Of a stretch of DNA of 64,000 nucleotides, positions 9,008-20,496 are shown piece after piece. The position numbers and the translations under genes are program-made. Within the stretch, counting starts at the first letter, position 1; each line of letters begins with the position of its first letter. The DNA lies in contig CAWJSR010000003.1 in the NCBI GenBank assembly GCA_963845515.1, forward strand, positions 64,001-128,000. The letters run 5' to 3'. This DNA is from an uncultured delta proteobacterium (GTDB lineage: Bacteria; Myxococcota; Myxococcia; Myxococcales; Anaeromyxobacteraceae). The notes beneath the pieces were generated by a model. It made no database searches and had not been told where the DNA came from. It was given only the letters and a program-made list of their open reading frames with translations.

Positions 9008-10275
9008 CGACGGGGGGGCGACGCGGGGCGCGTCGGGCGGGCGACGGGCGCCCGTCTCCTTCCGCACCTGGCGCTGGCTCGCCCTGGCGGCGCAGGCGGC
9101 CCTCGTCCTCGGCCTCCCGTTCGTCCGCATCGGCGGCGAGAGCGCGCTCAGGCTCGACGTCCCGGCAGGGAAGCTCCACGCGCTCGGCGCCTCCTTCGCG
9201 GTGGACGAGGCCTTCGTCGTCCTGGCCGCGACCCTCTTCCTCACCGCCCTCTTCCTGCTGGCCACGGTCGTCTCGGGCCGCGCCTGGTGCGGCTGGAGCT
9301 GCCCGCAGACGCTCCTCGGTGACCTCACGCGCCTCGTCGAGCCCGATCCGCGCGGTCGCCGCCGGACGTGGCGGCGCGCGGCCGGGGTCGGGATCGTCGC
9401 CCTCGTCTCGGCGATCGCGGGCGCCAACCTGGTCTGGTACTTCGTCTCGCCGTACGACTTCTTCGCGCGGCTCGCCGCTGGTTCGCTCGGGCCGGTGGCG
9501 GGGTGGGCGTGGGCGGTCACCTCGGCGGTCCTCTTCCTCGACCTCACCCTGCTGCGCCAGACCTTCTGCGCCACCGCCTGCCCGTACGCGAAGCTCCAGG
9601 GCGTCCTCTTCGACCGGCACACGCTGGTCGTGGCCTACGACGATCGGCGCGACGCCGACTGCATCGACTGCCTGGCCTGTGTCCGCGTCTGCCCGACGAG
9701 GATCGACATCCGCGACGGGCTCCAGGCTGGAGTGCATCGCCTGCGCGGCCTGCGTGGACGCGTGCGAGCCGATCATGCGCAGGCTGGGGAGGGCGCCGGG
9801 CCTGGTCGGCTACTTCCACGGTGGTCCCGGCGGACACCGTCGCCTGCTGCGCCCCGCGACGCTGGCGCTGGGCGCCATGACCGCGGTCGCCCTCGCGCTC
9901 CTCGGCGGCGCCGTCTGGGACCGCTCGGCGGTGGCGCTCACCGTCTCGGCGGACGTCGCGTTCACTGCGCGGCGGGCGGCCGGGGGGCGGGTGGTCAACG
10001 CCTTCGACCTCGTCCTGGAGAACCGGGCGCGGAGCGGCGTGGACGTGGCGCTCGCCGTGGATCCGGGCGTCGACGGCGCGGCGGCGGCGGTCCGCCCGGC
10101 GCGGGTCGCCCTCGCCCCGGGCGAGATCCGCCGGCTGCGGCTGGTCGTCTCGGTGACCGGCCTGCCTTCGGCGGGGACGTACCGCGCGCGGCTGGAGGCG
10201 GAGTCCACCGGCGCCGGCGCTTCGCCGGAGCGCCACCTCGCGCAGCTCTCACTCGTCGTCCCGGAGGTGCCATGA
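8985..10275 (+). CDS. ccoG: CcoG/FixG 4Fe-4S membrane protein (frameshift near 9726)
   Basis: GRAWCGWSCPQT, FCATACPYAKLQ, CIDCLACVRVCPTRIDIRDGLQ; ECIACAACVDAC and the C-terminal Ig domain follow in the next frame. Confidence 0.9.
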
Positions 10276-10823
10276 AGCACGAGTTCGCGCTTGCGGTCGT
10301 GGTCGTTGCCGGCCTGGGCGCGGTGGGGGTTACGGTGGCCGTTGGCAGCAGCGTGAGGGAGCAGACGGTGGTCGCGAACCCCTACGAGGCGGGGCTCCAC
10401 CACGGCGACGCCGTGGCGGCCCAGCGCGCCGCCGGCCGCGCGCCGGGCGGCACCCCGGCGGTCGCGCCCGCCTGCGATCTGGCAGCGGGCCCTTGCACGC
10501 AGCACGCCGGCGCCTGGGAAGTCACGCTCGCCCTGGGACCGCGCCCGCTGCGGACGATGGCGGAGCTGGCGGCCGTCGTGGAGCTCCGGCGCGAGGGGCT
10601 GCCGGTCGATGGGGCGACGGTGGTCCTCTCGTTCGAGATGCGCGGGATGTCGATGGGCGAGAACCGCCGCGCGCTCACCGGCGCCAGCGGCGGGCGCTAC
10701 GCCGGGACGGCCGTGCTCGTCCGCTGCCCCAGCGGCCGGAAGGACTGGGTCGCTACGCTCGCGGTCGACGCGGAGGGGACGCCCGCGGCGGCCGCTCGTT
10801 TCGAGCTCCGGGTGGAGGAGTGA
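10272..10823 (+). CDS. FixH/YtkA-like protein
   Basis: ATGA overlap with ccoG; TM, VVANPYEAGL, FEMRGMSMGEN, VRCPSGRKDW. Confidence 0.75.
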   Translation: MKHEFALAVVVVAGLGAVGVTVAVGSSVREQTVVANPYEAGLHHGDAVAAQRAAGRAPGGTPAVAPACDLAAGPCTQHAGAWEVTLALGPRPLRTMAELAAVVELRREGLPVDGATVVLSFEMRGMSMGENRRALTGASGGRYAGTAVLVRCPSGRKDWVATLAVDAEGTPAAAARFELRVEE

Positions 10824-11027
10824 CCACATCGGACGACAGGCGTCGGCCCTGCTGAGAGGGGCGGCAGTCACCTCCGGGTCGCGGTAACCCATCCCAGGAT
10901 TCGGGTCGCTCCCCGGACCGTCCCGCGTTTCCCGGACAGGGCAAAGTCGTCGACAGCACGGCCACTTACGTTGGTGAGTGATACGGCGCGTCATGGTGTT
11001 TGTGACGCAGTGTGGCTGAGCCGGTCT

Positions 11028-11044
11028 CGGCACGCGACCTGCAA
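11028..11044 (+). promoter_or_regulatory. Putative sigma-54 promoter for mcp-cheW
   Basis: CGGCACGCGACCTGCAA has GG-N10-GC spacing close to TGGCAC-N5-TTGC, about 70 nt upstream of the mcp start. Confidence 0.55.
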
Positions 11045-11112
11045 TCGCGCGGCAACCTGCCACACCGCGTCCCTGGAGGGCGGGTAAGTCGGCAAGACCA
11101 CAGAGGCAGATC

Positions 11113-12762
11113 GTGAAGATGGGTGTCGGATTCAAGCTGGCCGCGCTGGCGGCGGTAGCGGTGTTGATGCTCGCAGTGAGCGGACTCGCCTCGGTGTGGG
11201 GGCTCGGTGAGCTCGACGAGGCGATGGACGAGATCTCCCTCAACCTGCAGCAGATCCGGGGCCACTCGCGCGCCGACAACATGCACGACGCCGTCCGCGC
11301 CGACGTCCTCTCGGCGATCGAGGACGCGGAGACCGAGGGCAGCCCGCGCCGCGCAGAGGTCGCCCGGGAGTTCGACGAGCACGCGCGCGGCCTCGAGGCC
11401 GGGCTGGAGGCCGACAAGCAGATCGACGAGGACGCGATCGCCTCCAAGATCCAGCTGCTGACGCCGAACGCGCGGCAGTACCTCCAGGAGGCGAGGGGGC
11501 TCATCGAGACCGCCTACCGCGATCGCGAGGACGCGCGCGCCCGCTACACCGCCTTCGAGCAGACCTTCGACGTGCTGGCAGTGGACCTGGACGAGGTCTC
11601 CAACATGCTGGCGAAGCGCGCGGCCGAGGTGCAGGTGGCCGGCGACGCCGCCAACGAGTCGGCGCGAGCCGGGCTGGGGATCGTGCTCGTGCTCGCCGCG
11701 CTGGTGCTCATCGCCGTCTCCGTGACCATCTCGCGCGGCATCACGGGCCGGCTGGCGGCCGCCGTCGCGGCGGCCGACCGGATCGCCCGCGGCGACCTCA
11801 CCGACGACGTGGCGGTCCAGGGGAGCGACGAGATCGCCATGCTCCAGGCGTCGATGCGCGCGATGAACGACAAGCTCGGCGAGGTGATCGGCGAGGTCCG
11901 CGCCGGCTCCGACGCCCTCACCGCGGCGTCGATGCAGGTCTCCACCACCTCGCAGTCCCTCTCGCAGGGGACCGGCGAGCAGGCGGCGTCGGTCGAGGAG
12001 ACGACCTCCTCGCTCGAGGAGATGAGCGCCTCCATCACCCAGAACGCCGAGAACAGCCGCCAGACCGAGCAGCTCGCCACGAGCTCGGCGGCGAACGCCG
12101 ACGAGAGCGGCCGCGCCGTGCTCGAGACCGTCGGTGCGATGCGCCAGATCGCCGAGAAGACGAGCATCATCGAGGAGATCGCCTACCAGACGAACCTCCT
12201 CGCGCTCAACGCCGCCATCGAAGCCGCCCGCGCTGGCGAGCACGGGCGCGGGTTCGCCGTCGTCGCCACCGAGGTGCGCAAGCTCGCCGAGCGGGCGCAG
12301 CGTGCCAGCAAGGAGATCGGCGAGCTGGCCGGCTCCAGCGTCCAGGTGGCCGAGCGGAGCGGCAAGCTCCTCGCCGACCTCGTCCCGACCATCCGGAAGA
12401 CCGCCGACCTGGTCCAGGAGGTCTCAGCGGCGTCGCAGGAGCAGAGCGCCGGCGTGGCGCAGGTCTCCAAGGCGATGGCCGTCGTGGACCAGGTGACCCA
12501 GCGGAACGCGTCGGCCTCGGAGGAGCTCTCCTCCACAGCCGAGGAGATGTCGTCCCAGGCGGAGGCCCTGCTGCAGCTCATCAGCTACTTCCAGGTGAAG
12601 GGGTACCGGGAGGCCGCGCGCACGAAGGCGCAGCACGTCACGCACCTGCACCCCCACGCGCCGCAGGCGCCCGCGAAGCACGAGGCGCCGGCCCTGCCGC
12701 ACCCGGCGCAGCGCCGGAAGGACGGGGCGCCGACGGGCAGCGGCGGGTTCACGCGGTTCTAG
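11113..12762 (+). CDS. Methyl-accepting chemotaxis protein (periplasmic helical sensor, HAMP, signalling domain)
   Basis: Two TMs; [40 protein letters not shown]-terminal pentapeptide-like GFTRF. Confidence 0.97.
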   Translation: MKMGVGFKLAALAAVAVLMLAVSGLASVWGLGELDEAMDEISLNLQQIRGHSRADNMHDAVRADVLSAIEDAETEGSPRRAEVAREFDEHARGLEAGLEADKQIDEDAIASKIQLLTPNARQYLQEARGLIETAYRDREDARARYTAFEQTFDVLAVDLDEVSNMLAKRAAEVQVAGDAANESARAGLGIVLVLAALVLIAVSVTISRGITGRLAAAVAAADRIARGDLTDDVAVQGSDEIAMLQASMRAMNDKLGEVIGEVRAGSDALTAASMQVSTTSQSLSQGTGEQAASVEETTSSLEEMSASITQNAENSRQTEQLATSSAANADESGRAVLETVGAMRQIAEKTSIIEEIAYQTNLLALNAAIEAARAGEHGRGFAVVATEVRKLAERAQRASKEIGELAGSSVQVAERSGKLLADLVPTIRKTADLVQEVSAASQEQSAGVAQVSKAMAVVDQVTQRNASASEELSSTAEEMSSQAEALLQLISYFQVKGYREAARTKAQHVTHLHPHAPQAPAKHEAPALPHPAQRRKDGAPTGSGGFTRF

Positions 12763-12770
12763 GAGGCATC

Positions 12771-13292
12771 ATGACCGCCGCGAACGAGAAGCCGTCGGAG
12801 CAGAAGCAGCAGTTCCTTTCCTTCGCCATCGGGGGCACGCACTTCGGCGTCCCGATCCTGAAGGTGAAGGAGATCCTCCAGTTCGAGGGGGTCACCCGCG
12901 TCCCTGGGACGCCGCCATCGATCCGCGGCGTGATCAACGTCCGGGGCGCCGTGGTGCCGGTCGTGGACCTGGCCGTGAAGTTCGGGCAGGGCGAGGTGGT
13001 CCAGACGAACCGGACCTGCGTCCTGGTCGTAGAGACGGTGACGCCCGCCGGCCTGCTGACGCTGGGCGTGATCGCCGACGCGGTGAACGAGGTGCTCGAC
13101 CTCGCCGCGGCGGAGATCGAGCCGGCGCCGTCCTACGGCACCGGCCGCAGCCTCGATCACGTCAACGGCATGGGGAAGGTGGCCAAGGGCTTCGTCGTCC
13201 TCCTGGACATCGACCGGGTCCTCTCCGCGACGGAGGCCGAGCTGGCGGCCGCCGCCGCCGCGGCTGACGCCGAAGCCGCCGTCGCGGCCTGA
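12771..13292 (+). CDS. cheW: Chemotaxis coupling protein CheW
   Basis: FLSFAIG..FGVPILKVKEI..TRVPGTPPSIRGVINVRGAVVPVVDL. Confidence 0.96.
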   Translation: MTAANEKPSEQKQQFLSFAIGGTHFGVPILKVKEILQFEGVTRVPGTPPSIRGVINVRGAVVPVVDLAVKFGQGEVVQTNRTCVLVVETVTPAGLLTLGVIADAVNEVLDLAAAEIEPAPSYGTGRSLDHVNGMGKVAKGFVVLLDIDRVLSATEAELAAAAAAADAEAAVAA

Positions 13293-13308
13293 ACGGGGGC
13301 CGCGGGGC

Positions 13309-14127
13309 TCAGCCCCGCAGCACCCGCGCCAGGAGGTCGGGCCGGTCCGACATGATCCCATCGACGCCGGCGGCGAGCAGCCGGCGCATCTCGTCCTCCC
13401 GATCGACGGTCCAGACCTGCACGGCCATGCCGCGGGCGTGGAAGTAGGAGACGAGCCGGGACGTGATCAGCGGGAGCCCGGCGTACCGGCTGTTCGGCAG
13501 CGCGGCGAGATCGTAGCCCCCCGGGGCCCAGCTCGCCGGGAGCGGGCCCAGCGCGGCGAGGGCGTGCGGGATGGCGGCGACCGTGCAGAGGAAGCGCGCG
13601 TACTCGGGCAGCAGCCGCCGGAGCCGCGCCGCCTGGCGCCACGCCGCCGCGCCGACGCAGACCGTCAGCTCGCGGTGCGCGCCCCTGAGCACCCGCGCGA
13701 TCGCCTCGGCGAGCGCCGGCTCGCTCCCCTTCGCCTCGACGTTGACGCGCAGCGCCGGGAACCGCTCCAGGAGCGCGGCGAGCGTCGGGATGGTCACGCC
13801 CTTCCCGCGGAAGGGGAAGGTCAGCCCGCCGTCCGGCGTGAAGCCGAAGCCGGCGTCGAGCGCCTCGAGCTCCGCGCGCGTCCGCCCCTCGATGGACCCC
13901 GGGACGCCTGTGATCCGGCTGGTCTCCTCGTCGTGGAAGACCATGACCTCGCCGTCACGGGAGAGCCGGACGTCCGTCTCCAGCGCGACCGCGCCGAGCG
14001 CCTCCGCGTTCGCGAACGCGACGAGCGTGTTCTCGGGCGCGAGCAGGGAGCCGCCGCGGTGGGCGACGAGCCACGGCGGCCGGAGGGCGAAGTAGGGATG
14101 AGCGAGGCCGCGCAGGGGCATGGTCAT
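13309..14127 (-). CDS. Glycerophosphodiester phosphodiesterase
   Basis: VAHRGG..PENTL, ETDVRLSRDG..VFHD, VWTVD, GVDGIMSDRPD; ATGA overlap with the upstream gene. Confidence 0.93.
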   Translation of the reverse strand: MTMPLRGLAHPYFALRPPWLVAHRGGSLLAPENTLVAFANAEALGAVALETDVRLSRDGEVMVFHDEETSRITGVPGSIEGRTRAELEALDAGFGFTPDGGLTFPFRGKGVTIPTLAALLERFPALRVNVEAKGSEPALAEAIARVLRGAHRELTVCVGAAAWRQAARLRRLLPEYARFLCTVAAIPHALAALGPLPASWAPGGYDLAALPNSRYAGLPLITSRLVSYFHARGMAVQVWTVDREDEMRRLLAAGVDGIMSDRPDLLARVLRG

Positions 14128-15161
14128 CTCAGCGCCGCCATCGCCTCGTCCAGCGCCGCGCGCGGCGGCCGCACGACCTCGTCGGGGAGCGTGGCGAGGG
14201 GGCGCTCGTCGAGCGAGAGCCGCTCCACGAAGCTGGGGGCGGCCGGGTCGAGGAAGAGGAGCCCGGTCAGGATCTCGCCGCTGGCGTGGGCCGCGGAGAG
14301 CCTCGCCAGCGCTTGCGCCCGGTCGGAGGTGTCCCAGGACGCCTCGAGCTTGCGGAGGATGAGGCGCGAGCCGTCGTGGAGCCTCACCTCGGTCGTCGTG
14401 CCGGGCTCGTACTGGATCGCGATCTCCTCGAACGCCGGCACGAAGGAGAGCTCCTGGAGCGGGTCGTCGTGCTCCTTCACGTAGGCGTAGGACTTGGTGG
14501 AGCCCTCGTGGTCGTTGAAGGTGACGCACGGTGAGATGACGTCGAGCACGGCGATGCCGCGGTGGGCGATGGCGGCCTCGAGCAGCGCCGAGAGCTGCCG
14601 CTTGTCGCCCGAGAAGGAGCGGGCGACGAAGTTGCCGCCGAGCTGGATGGCGAGCGTGCAGAGGTCGATGGCCGGGAGGGTGTTGGGCTCGCCAGTCTTC
14701 AGCGTCGAGCCGAAGTCGGCCGTGGCGGAGAACTGTCCCTTGGTGAGGCCGTACACGCCGTTGTCCTCGACCACGTAGATCATCGGCACGTTCCGCCGCA
14801 CGGCGTGGATGAACTGGCCGATGCCTATGGAGCCCGTGTCCCCGTCGCCAGACACGCCGATCGCGCGCAGCGTCCGGTTGGCGAGGATCGCGCCGGTCGC
14901 GACCGAGGGCATCCGGCCGTGCACGGAGTTGAAGGCGTGCGACCGGCTCATGAAGTAGGCGGGGCTCTTCGAGGAGCAGCCGATGCCTGAGAGCTTCATC
15001 ACGCGCTCCGGCGCCACGCCCATCCGGTGCATCGCCTCGATGATCCGCTCGGAGATGGCGTTGTGGCCGCAGCCCGCGCAGAGCGTCGACTTGCCGCCGC
15101 GATAGTCGAGCAGGGTGAGGCCGATCCGGTTGGTGCGGGGGGTGACGGGCTCTGCGGCCAT
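14124..15161 (-). CDS. 2-oxoacid:ferredoxin oxidoreductase beta subunit
   Basis: LCAGCGH, SGIGCSSK, HGRMP, GDGD..IG, NGVYGLTKGQ, SPCVTFN. Confidence 0.95.
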   Translation of the reverse strand: MAAEPVTPRTNRIGLTLLDYRGGKSTLCAGCGHNAISERIIEAMHRMGVAPERVMKLSGIGCSSKSPAYFMSRSHAFNSVHGRMPSVATGAILANRTLRAIGVSGDGDTGSIGIGQFIHAVRRNVPMIYVVEDNGVYGLTKGQFSATADFGSTLKTGEPNTLPAIDLCTLAIQLGGNFVARSFSGDKRQLSALLEAAIAHRGIAVLDVISPCVTFNDHEGSTKSYAYVKEHDDPLQELSFVPAFEEIAIQYEPGTTTEVRLHDGSRLILRKLEASWDTSDRAQALARLSAAHASGEILTGLLFLDPAAPSFVERLSLDERPLATLPDEVVRPPRAALDEAMAALR

Positions 15162-15162
15162 G

Positions 15163-16960
15163 TCAGCGGCCCTCCATGGACAGAAGATCCTCGACGACCG
15201 AGCGGGCATCGAGCGGCATCCCCGTCACGTGGGCCACAGCGCGGAGCCTGGCCCCGTCCGCAGGCGGCAGGTCGAGCCGGAGCAGCGAGAGCAGCTGCGC
15301 GTCGCGGTCCTGCTCGACGACGTAGACGCGCGCGTGGCGCTCCACGAAATCGTGGACGGCCGCGGCGAACGGCCAGGCGCGGACCCGCAGGTAGTCCACC
15401 TCCAGCCCCCGCTCCCGGCGCAGGAGGGCGAGCGCCTCGCGGACGGCAGGATCGCTCGACCCCACCGCGACGACGCCGATCGGCGCCGCGCCGCTCCCCT
15501 CCAGGACGGGCGCGGGCAGGTGCGGCCGTGCGCCGTCCAGCTTCCGCGCCAGCCGCGCCATGTTCCGCTCGAAGACCTCCGGGCGTTCGCTGTAGTCGGC
15601 GCGCTCGTCGTGACCGGTGCCGCGCGTGAAGTAGGCTGCCTTCGGGTGATCCGTCCCGGGGAGGGTGCGCCACCCGATCCCGTCGCCGTCGGGGTCGGCG
15701 TAGCGCGAGAAGCCGCCCGCCTTCTCCAGCTCGGCGGCGGAGAGCACCTTCCCGCGGTCGAGCGGCCGCTCGGGGTACGGAAACGGATCGGACATCCAGG
15801 TGTTCATGCCCAGGTCGAGGTCGCTCAGGACCAGGACGGGCGTCTGGAAGCGCTCGGCGAGATCGAAGGCGTCACCGGCCATCGTGAAGCACTCGGTCAT
15901 CGTCCCCGGGAAGAGGAGGAGCTGGCGGGTGTCGCCGTGCGAGAGGAACGCGGCGGTGAGCATGTCGCCCTGCGACGTGCGGGTCGGCAGGCCGGTGGAC
16001 GGCCCGACGCGCTGGACGTCCCAGACGACGGCCGGCACCTCGGCGTAGTAGCCGAGCCCGGCGAGCTCGCTCATGAGCGAGATCCCGGGCCCCGACGTCG
16101 CGGTCATCGCGCGCGCACCGGCCCAGCCCGCGCCGATGACGGTCCCGAGCGCGGCCAGCTCGTCCTCGGCCTGCACCACCGCGTACGTCGCCTTTCCGTC
16201 GGGCCCCGTCCTGTAGCGCCGGAGGTAGCCCTGCAGCGCGTCGACGAGCGACGTCGAGGGGGTGATCGGGTACCAGGCGACGACCGTGACGCCGCCGAAG
16301 AGCGCGCCGAGCGCCGCGGCCTGGTTTCCGTCGACGAGCAGCTTGCCCGCGGTGCCGTCCATGCGCCGGAGGACGTATGGGTCCCGCTTCTCCAGCCCCT
16401 TCGCCCCCTCGAACCCGGCGCGCGCCGCGGAGAGGTTCAGCTCCCTGGCCTTGGCCTTCTTCTCGAAGGCGCGGCCGATCGCCAGCTCCACCTCGGCCAG
16501 CTCGATCGTCGAGGAGCCGCGCTGCTGCGCCGACCCAGACCATGTTGCGGAGGAACCTCTTGAGCCTCGGCTCGCTCGTGACGGGTGAGACGAGCGCGTC
16601 CACCGGGAGTGGGTAGAAGACGACGTCGGAGCGCAGCGGCGCGAGCTGGAGCGCGGCGTCGTGAAGCACCGCTGCGCCGGCGTGGAGCGAGAGCACGTCG
16701 TCGCGCGCCGACTCGGGGTTCATGGCGACCAGCAGGTCGACGTCCGGCTTGCGCGCCGTCCACCCCTCGCTGCTCGCCCGGATCGTGTACCAGGTGGGGA
16801 GCCCCGCGATGTTGGACGGGAAGATGTTCTTCCCCGAGACCGGGACGCCCATCTGGAAGATGGCGCGCAGCAGCACCGCGTTCGCCGACTGCGAGCCGGA
16901 GCCGTTCACCGTCGCGACGTGGATCGCGAGGTCGTTGACGATCTCGGAGGAGGTTGCCAT
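15163..16960 (-). CDS. 2-oxoacid:ferredoxin oxidoreductase alpha subunit (frameshift near 16505)
   Basis: ATVNGSGSQS..FPSNIAGLPTW in one frame; WYPITPST, QAEDELAA, ATSGPGISLM, QRVGPSTGLPTRT in the next. Confidence 0.93.
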
Positions 16961-17056
16961 CAGTGAACGAATACTGGACGCGGCGCTTCTGCGCACCCGC
17001 CCGCGTGGGGGCGTGCGCCGAATTCGCACGGCGCGGGCCGACGCGCCCGCCCGGCG

Positions 17057-17386
<330 letters not shown>

Positions 17387-17462
17387 GTGCCTCCCATGCG
17401 CGAGCAAGCGTTGGCCCGCCACGTCCAGAGGGGCTGCCACCCTGGTGGTGCGACAGCCCACA

Positions 17463-17490
17463 TTGACCCGTCCGACCCGGCGGGCAGAAT
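17463..17490 (+). promoter_or_regulatory. Putative sigma-70 promoter
   Basis: TTGACC-N16-CAGAAT upstream of ATG 17511. Confidence 0.4.
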
Positions 17491-17510
17491 GACGGTTCTG
17501 GAGACCCACC

Positions 17511-18398
17511 ATGCTCGAGCTCGTCGCCGCCTGCCTGCTGTTCGCCGCCGAAGCCGCTGACGTCACGTCGCCGCCCCCCGTCACGACCTCGCCGGAGACT
17601 GCGGTGACGACGGGGACGGAGCCCGTCGCGCCTGCGGCGGCTCCCGCCGATCCAGCGGCGCCTTCGCCAGCGGCCGCTGCACCGGCCGAGGTGGCAGAGC
17701 GGCCGGCGGCCGCACCTGCCGAGCCGGCCCCCGCGCTGGGCGCGCCTGCGGCTGACGGCCTTCGTCCCCTGATGCTCACGCTCTCCCTGGGGCTGGGGCG
17801 CGCCTACCCAGGGGGGGAGCTCGCGGCAGACCGGCCGATGAACGATCTCACCTCGCCGATGGGGTCGCTGCGGCTGGACGCCGGCATCCGGATCCGGCCC
17901 AGGTTGATCCTCGCCCTCGTGCTCGACCTGTCCAGCGGCGGAACTCCGGGCGCGAGCCTCCGGAGCCAGTGCGACGCGGCCGACGTCGACTGCACCGTGG
18001 GCTCGAGCCGTGTGTCGCTCGACGCCCGCTACGTCTTCACGCCCTATGCAGCACGCACCTGGTGGGTCGGCGCCGGCCTCGGCGCCGAGGGGACTGGCCT
18101 GATGAAGAAGGGCGGCGGCGCGAGCGCGGACTTCATGCCCAGCTACTCGGGCGGGCTGTTCCCGCGCGTCTCCGGGGGCTGGGAGCGGCGCGTGAACCAG
18201 TACTTCGGTTGGGGCTTCTACGCGGGCCTGTCCTTCGGCGCCTTCAACGAGGTCGCGATGGGCGAGTCGGACGCTCGGAGCGCAATCCCCGGAGACGAGG
18301 CAGGCCATAGCTGGCTCGACCTCGGCGTGCGGATCATCGCGTTCAGCTCGCCGACCACCCAGCCGACCCCGAACATCATCGCGAAGGTGAGGACGTAG
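17511..18398 (+). CDS. Outer-membrane beta-barrel-like protein with a Pro/Ala-rich N-terminal linker; 3' end reads into antisense kdpD
   Basis: Signal peptide, PA-rich linker, alternating hydrophobic strands ending [13 protein letters not shown]; the last ~17 aa are antisense kdpD. Confidence 0.7.
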   Translation: MLELVAACLLFAAEAADVTSPPPVTTSPETAVTTGTEPVAPAAAPADPAAPSPAAAAPAEVAERPAAAPAEPAPALGAPAADGLRPLMLTLSLGLGRAYPGGELAADRPMNDLTSPMGSLRLDAGIRIRPRLILALVLDLSSGGTPGASLRSQCDAADVDCTVGSSRVSLDARYVFTPYAARTWWVGAGLGAEGTGLMKKGGGASADFMPSYSGGLFPRVSGGWERRVNQYFGWGFYAGLSFGAFNEVAMGESDARSAIPGDEAGHSWLDLGVRIIAFSSPTTQPTPNIIAKVRT

Positions 18399-19851
18399 CG
18401 CGCATCGGCCACCGCGAACGTGTCCGAAGGGCGGGACGAAGAAGAAGTCGTAGGCAGGCCACCGACGAGGGCGGCCGCGAGCGATGCGACGAGCCGCGGC
18501 CGTGCCGGATGGCGGCCACCATCACCGCGACCACGTAGAGGACCGAGAGGTCCGGCACCGGGTGAAGCGCGCGGACCCCCGCGGCGAGCGCGGTGGTGAG
18601 CGCGACGATCGAGAGGGCGAACGCGTACGGCGCGGGGTGGCGCGGCGGCGCGGCCAGCCTCGCGCTGCGGCGGCTCGCGCGCCTCCCGCTCGGCGTCGCC
18701 GATGACGTGGACGTCGATCTCGCCGCTGCCGCGCACCACCTCGTCGAGCAGCGAGCCGCGCAGCCGGTCGCGCAGGCGGGAGTGGGTCGGCTTGCCGATG
18801 ATGATGCGCGTGACGTTGTGCCTCCGCGCGTAGTCGAGGATGGCGTCGGCGATGCGCCCGGCCGCCGAGCCGCACGACGCGTGGCGCCGAGCGACTCGGC
18901 GAGCCGGAGGTGGACCTCGAGCCGCTCGCGGTCCGCCTCGCCCGTGCGTCGCCAGGGCGGTCGGCTCCACGTAGGCCGCGACCCACGGTGCAGCGCAGCC
19001 CCGCCGCCATGCGCGCGCGCGGCGCGGATCAGCCGCGCCGAGCTGGGCGCCGGCCCGACGCAGACCAGGATGCGCTCGCCCGCCGGCCAGGTCGACGACG
19101 ACCCCGTGCTCCTCGCGGTACTCCCGGACGTCCTCGTCGACGCGTCTGCGCCGTCCGGCGCAGCGCGAGCTCGCGCAGCGCGAGCAGGTTGCCCCGCTGG
19201 AAGAAGTGCTCGGCGGCGCGCCGCGCCTGCTCGGGGAGGTAGACCTTGCCCTCCGCGAGCCGCTGCAGCAGCTCCTCCGGCGCGATGTCGACCAGCTCGA
19301 TCTCGTCGGCCGCGTCGAGCACCGAGTCGGGCACCGTCTCGCGCACCTGGACGCCGGTGATCTGCGCGACGACGTCGTTGAGGCTCTCGACGTGCTGGAC
19401 GTTGAGCGTCGTGTGGACGTCGATGCCCGGCCTCGAGCAGCTCCTCGACGTCCTGCCAGCGCTTGGCGTGGCGCGAGCCGGGCGCGTTGGTGTGCGCCAG
19501 CTCGTCGACGAGCAGGAGCTTCGGCCTCCGCGCGAGCGCGGCGTCGAGGTCGAACTCCTCGAGCACGCGCCCGCGGTACTCCACCTTCCGCCGCGGCAGC
19601 AGCTCGAGCCCCAGGATCAGCGCCGCGGTCTCGGAGCGGCCGTGGGTCTCGACCAGGCCGACGACGACGTCGAGCGTCCTGGTCGTAGACCAGGTCCCGC
19701 GCGACCTGGAGCATGCGGTAGGTCTTGCCGACGCCCGGGCGCGAAGCCGAAGAAGATCTTGAGCTTGCCCGCGCCGGGCGCGCGCCTCCTCCGCCTGCAC
19801 GCGCGCGGAGCAGCGCGTCCGGGATCCGGTCTGTCGGTCGTGCTCGCTCAT
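18345..19851 (-). pseudogene. kdpD: Sensor kinase KdpD; multiple frameshifts, truncated after the TM region
   Basis: GLVETHGRSET, EEFDLDAALARRP..VDELAHTN..GSRHAKRWQDVEELL, RETVPDSVLD, FFQRGNLLALRELALRR, USP domain, TM region; no HisKA/HATPase. Confidence 0.85.
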
Positions 19852-19870
19852 CGGATCGGCGGCTGCCGCG

Positions 19871-20484
19871 CTACTTCGCCTCCACGTGCCTCGCCCGGTC
19901 GCAGCGCGTCGAGCGCCAGGTTGAGCCGCAGCACGTTGACCCGCGGCTCGCCCAGGAGCCCGAGGCGTCCGCCCCTCGACGTGCCGCTCGACCAGCGCGC
20001 GGACGCGCGCCTCGGGCGAGCCCGCGCGCCCGCGCGACGCGCCCCACCTGGTAGTAGCGCCGCCGCCGGCGAGATGTGCGGATCGAGCCCGCTCGCCGAG
20101 GCGGTGACCAGGTCGACCGGCACGGGCGCCGTCGCCTGCCGGGATCGGCCGCGCGCAGCGCCGCGACCCGCGCCGCCACGGCGTCGCGCAGCGCCGGGTT
20201 GGACGGGCCGAGGTTGGAGCCGGTCGAGGCGCCGGCGTCGTACGGCGTCGGGCGCGGTCGCCGACGGGCGTCCCCAGAAGTAGCCGCGGGTCGTCGAAGG
20301 GCTGACCGATCAGCTCCGAGCCGACGACACTGGCCGCCTCGCGTCGCACGAGGCTCCCGTTCGCCTGCGACGCGGGAAGAGCGCCTGCGCGATGCCCGGT
20401 GACCGACGAGCGGATAGACGACGCCGGTGAGGATGCGTGAAGAGCCGCGAGGAGCATCAGCGCGGGTCGGACGAGTGCGAGCAT
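19871..20484 (-). pseudogene. kdpC: K+-transporting ATPase C chain (frameshifted)
   Basis: QANGSLV..VGSELIGQPF, PVDLVTASASGLDPHISP and LGEPRVNVLRLNLALD fall in different frames. Confidence 0.88.
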
Positions 20485-20496
20485 GGCGTTCTCCTT

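Noticed and set aside
8886..10823. Apparent 645-aa CcoG-FixH fusion
   Set aside because: Caused by a one-base insertion near 9726; the middle of the ORF is off-frame and the fixH-like gene has its own RBS and ATG.
10824..11112. Cyclic-dinucleotide (GEMM) riboswitch upstream of mcp
   Set aside because: GGGCAAAG is present, but the GNRA loop/receptor and second GCAAA motif could not be found.
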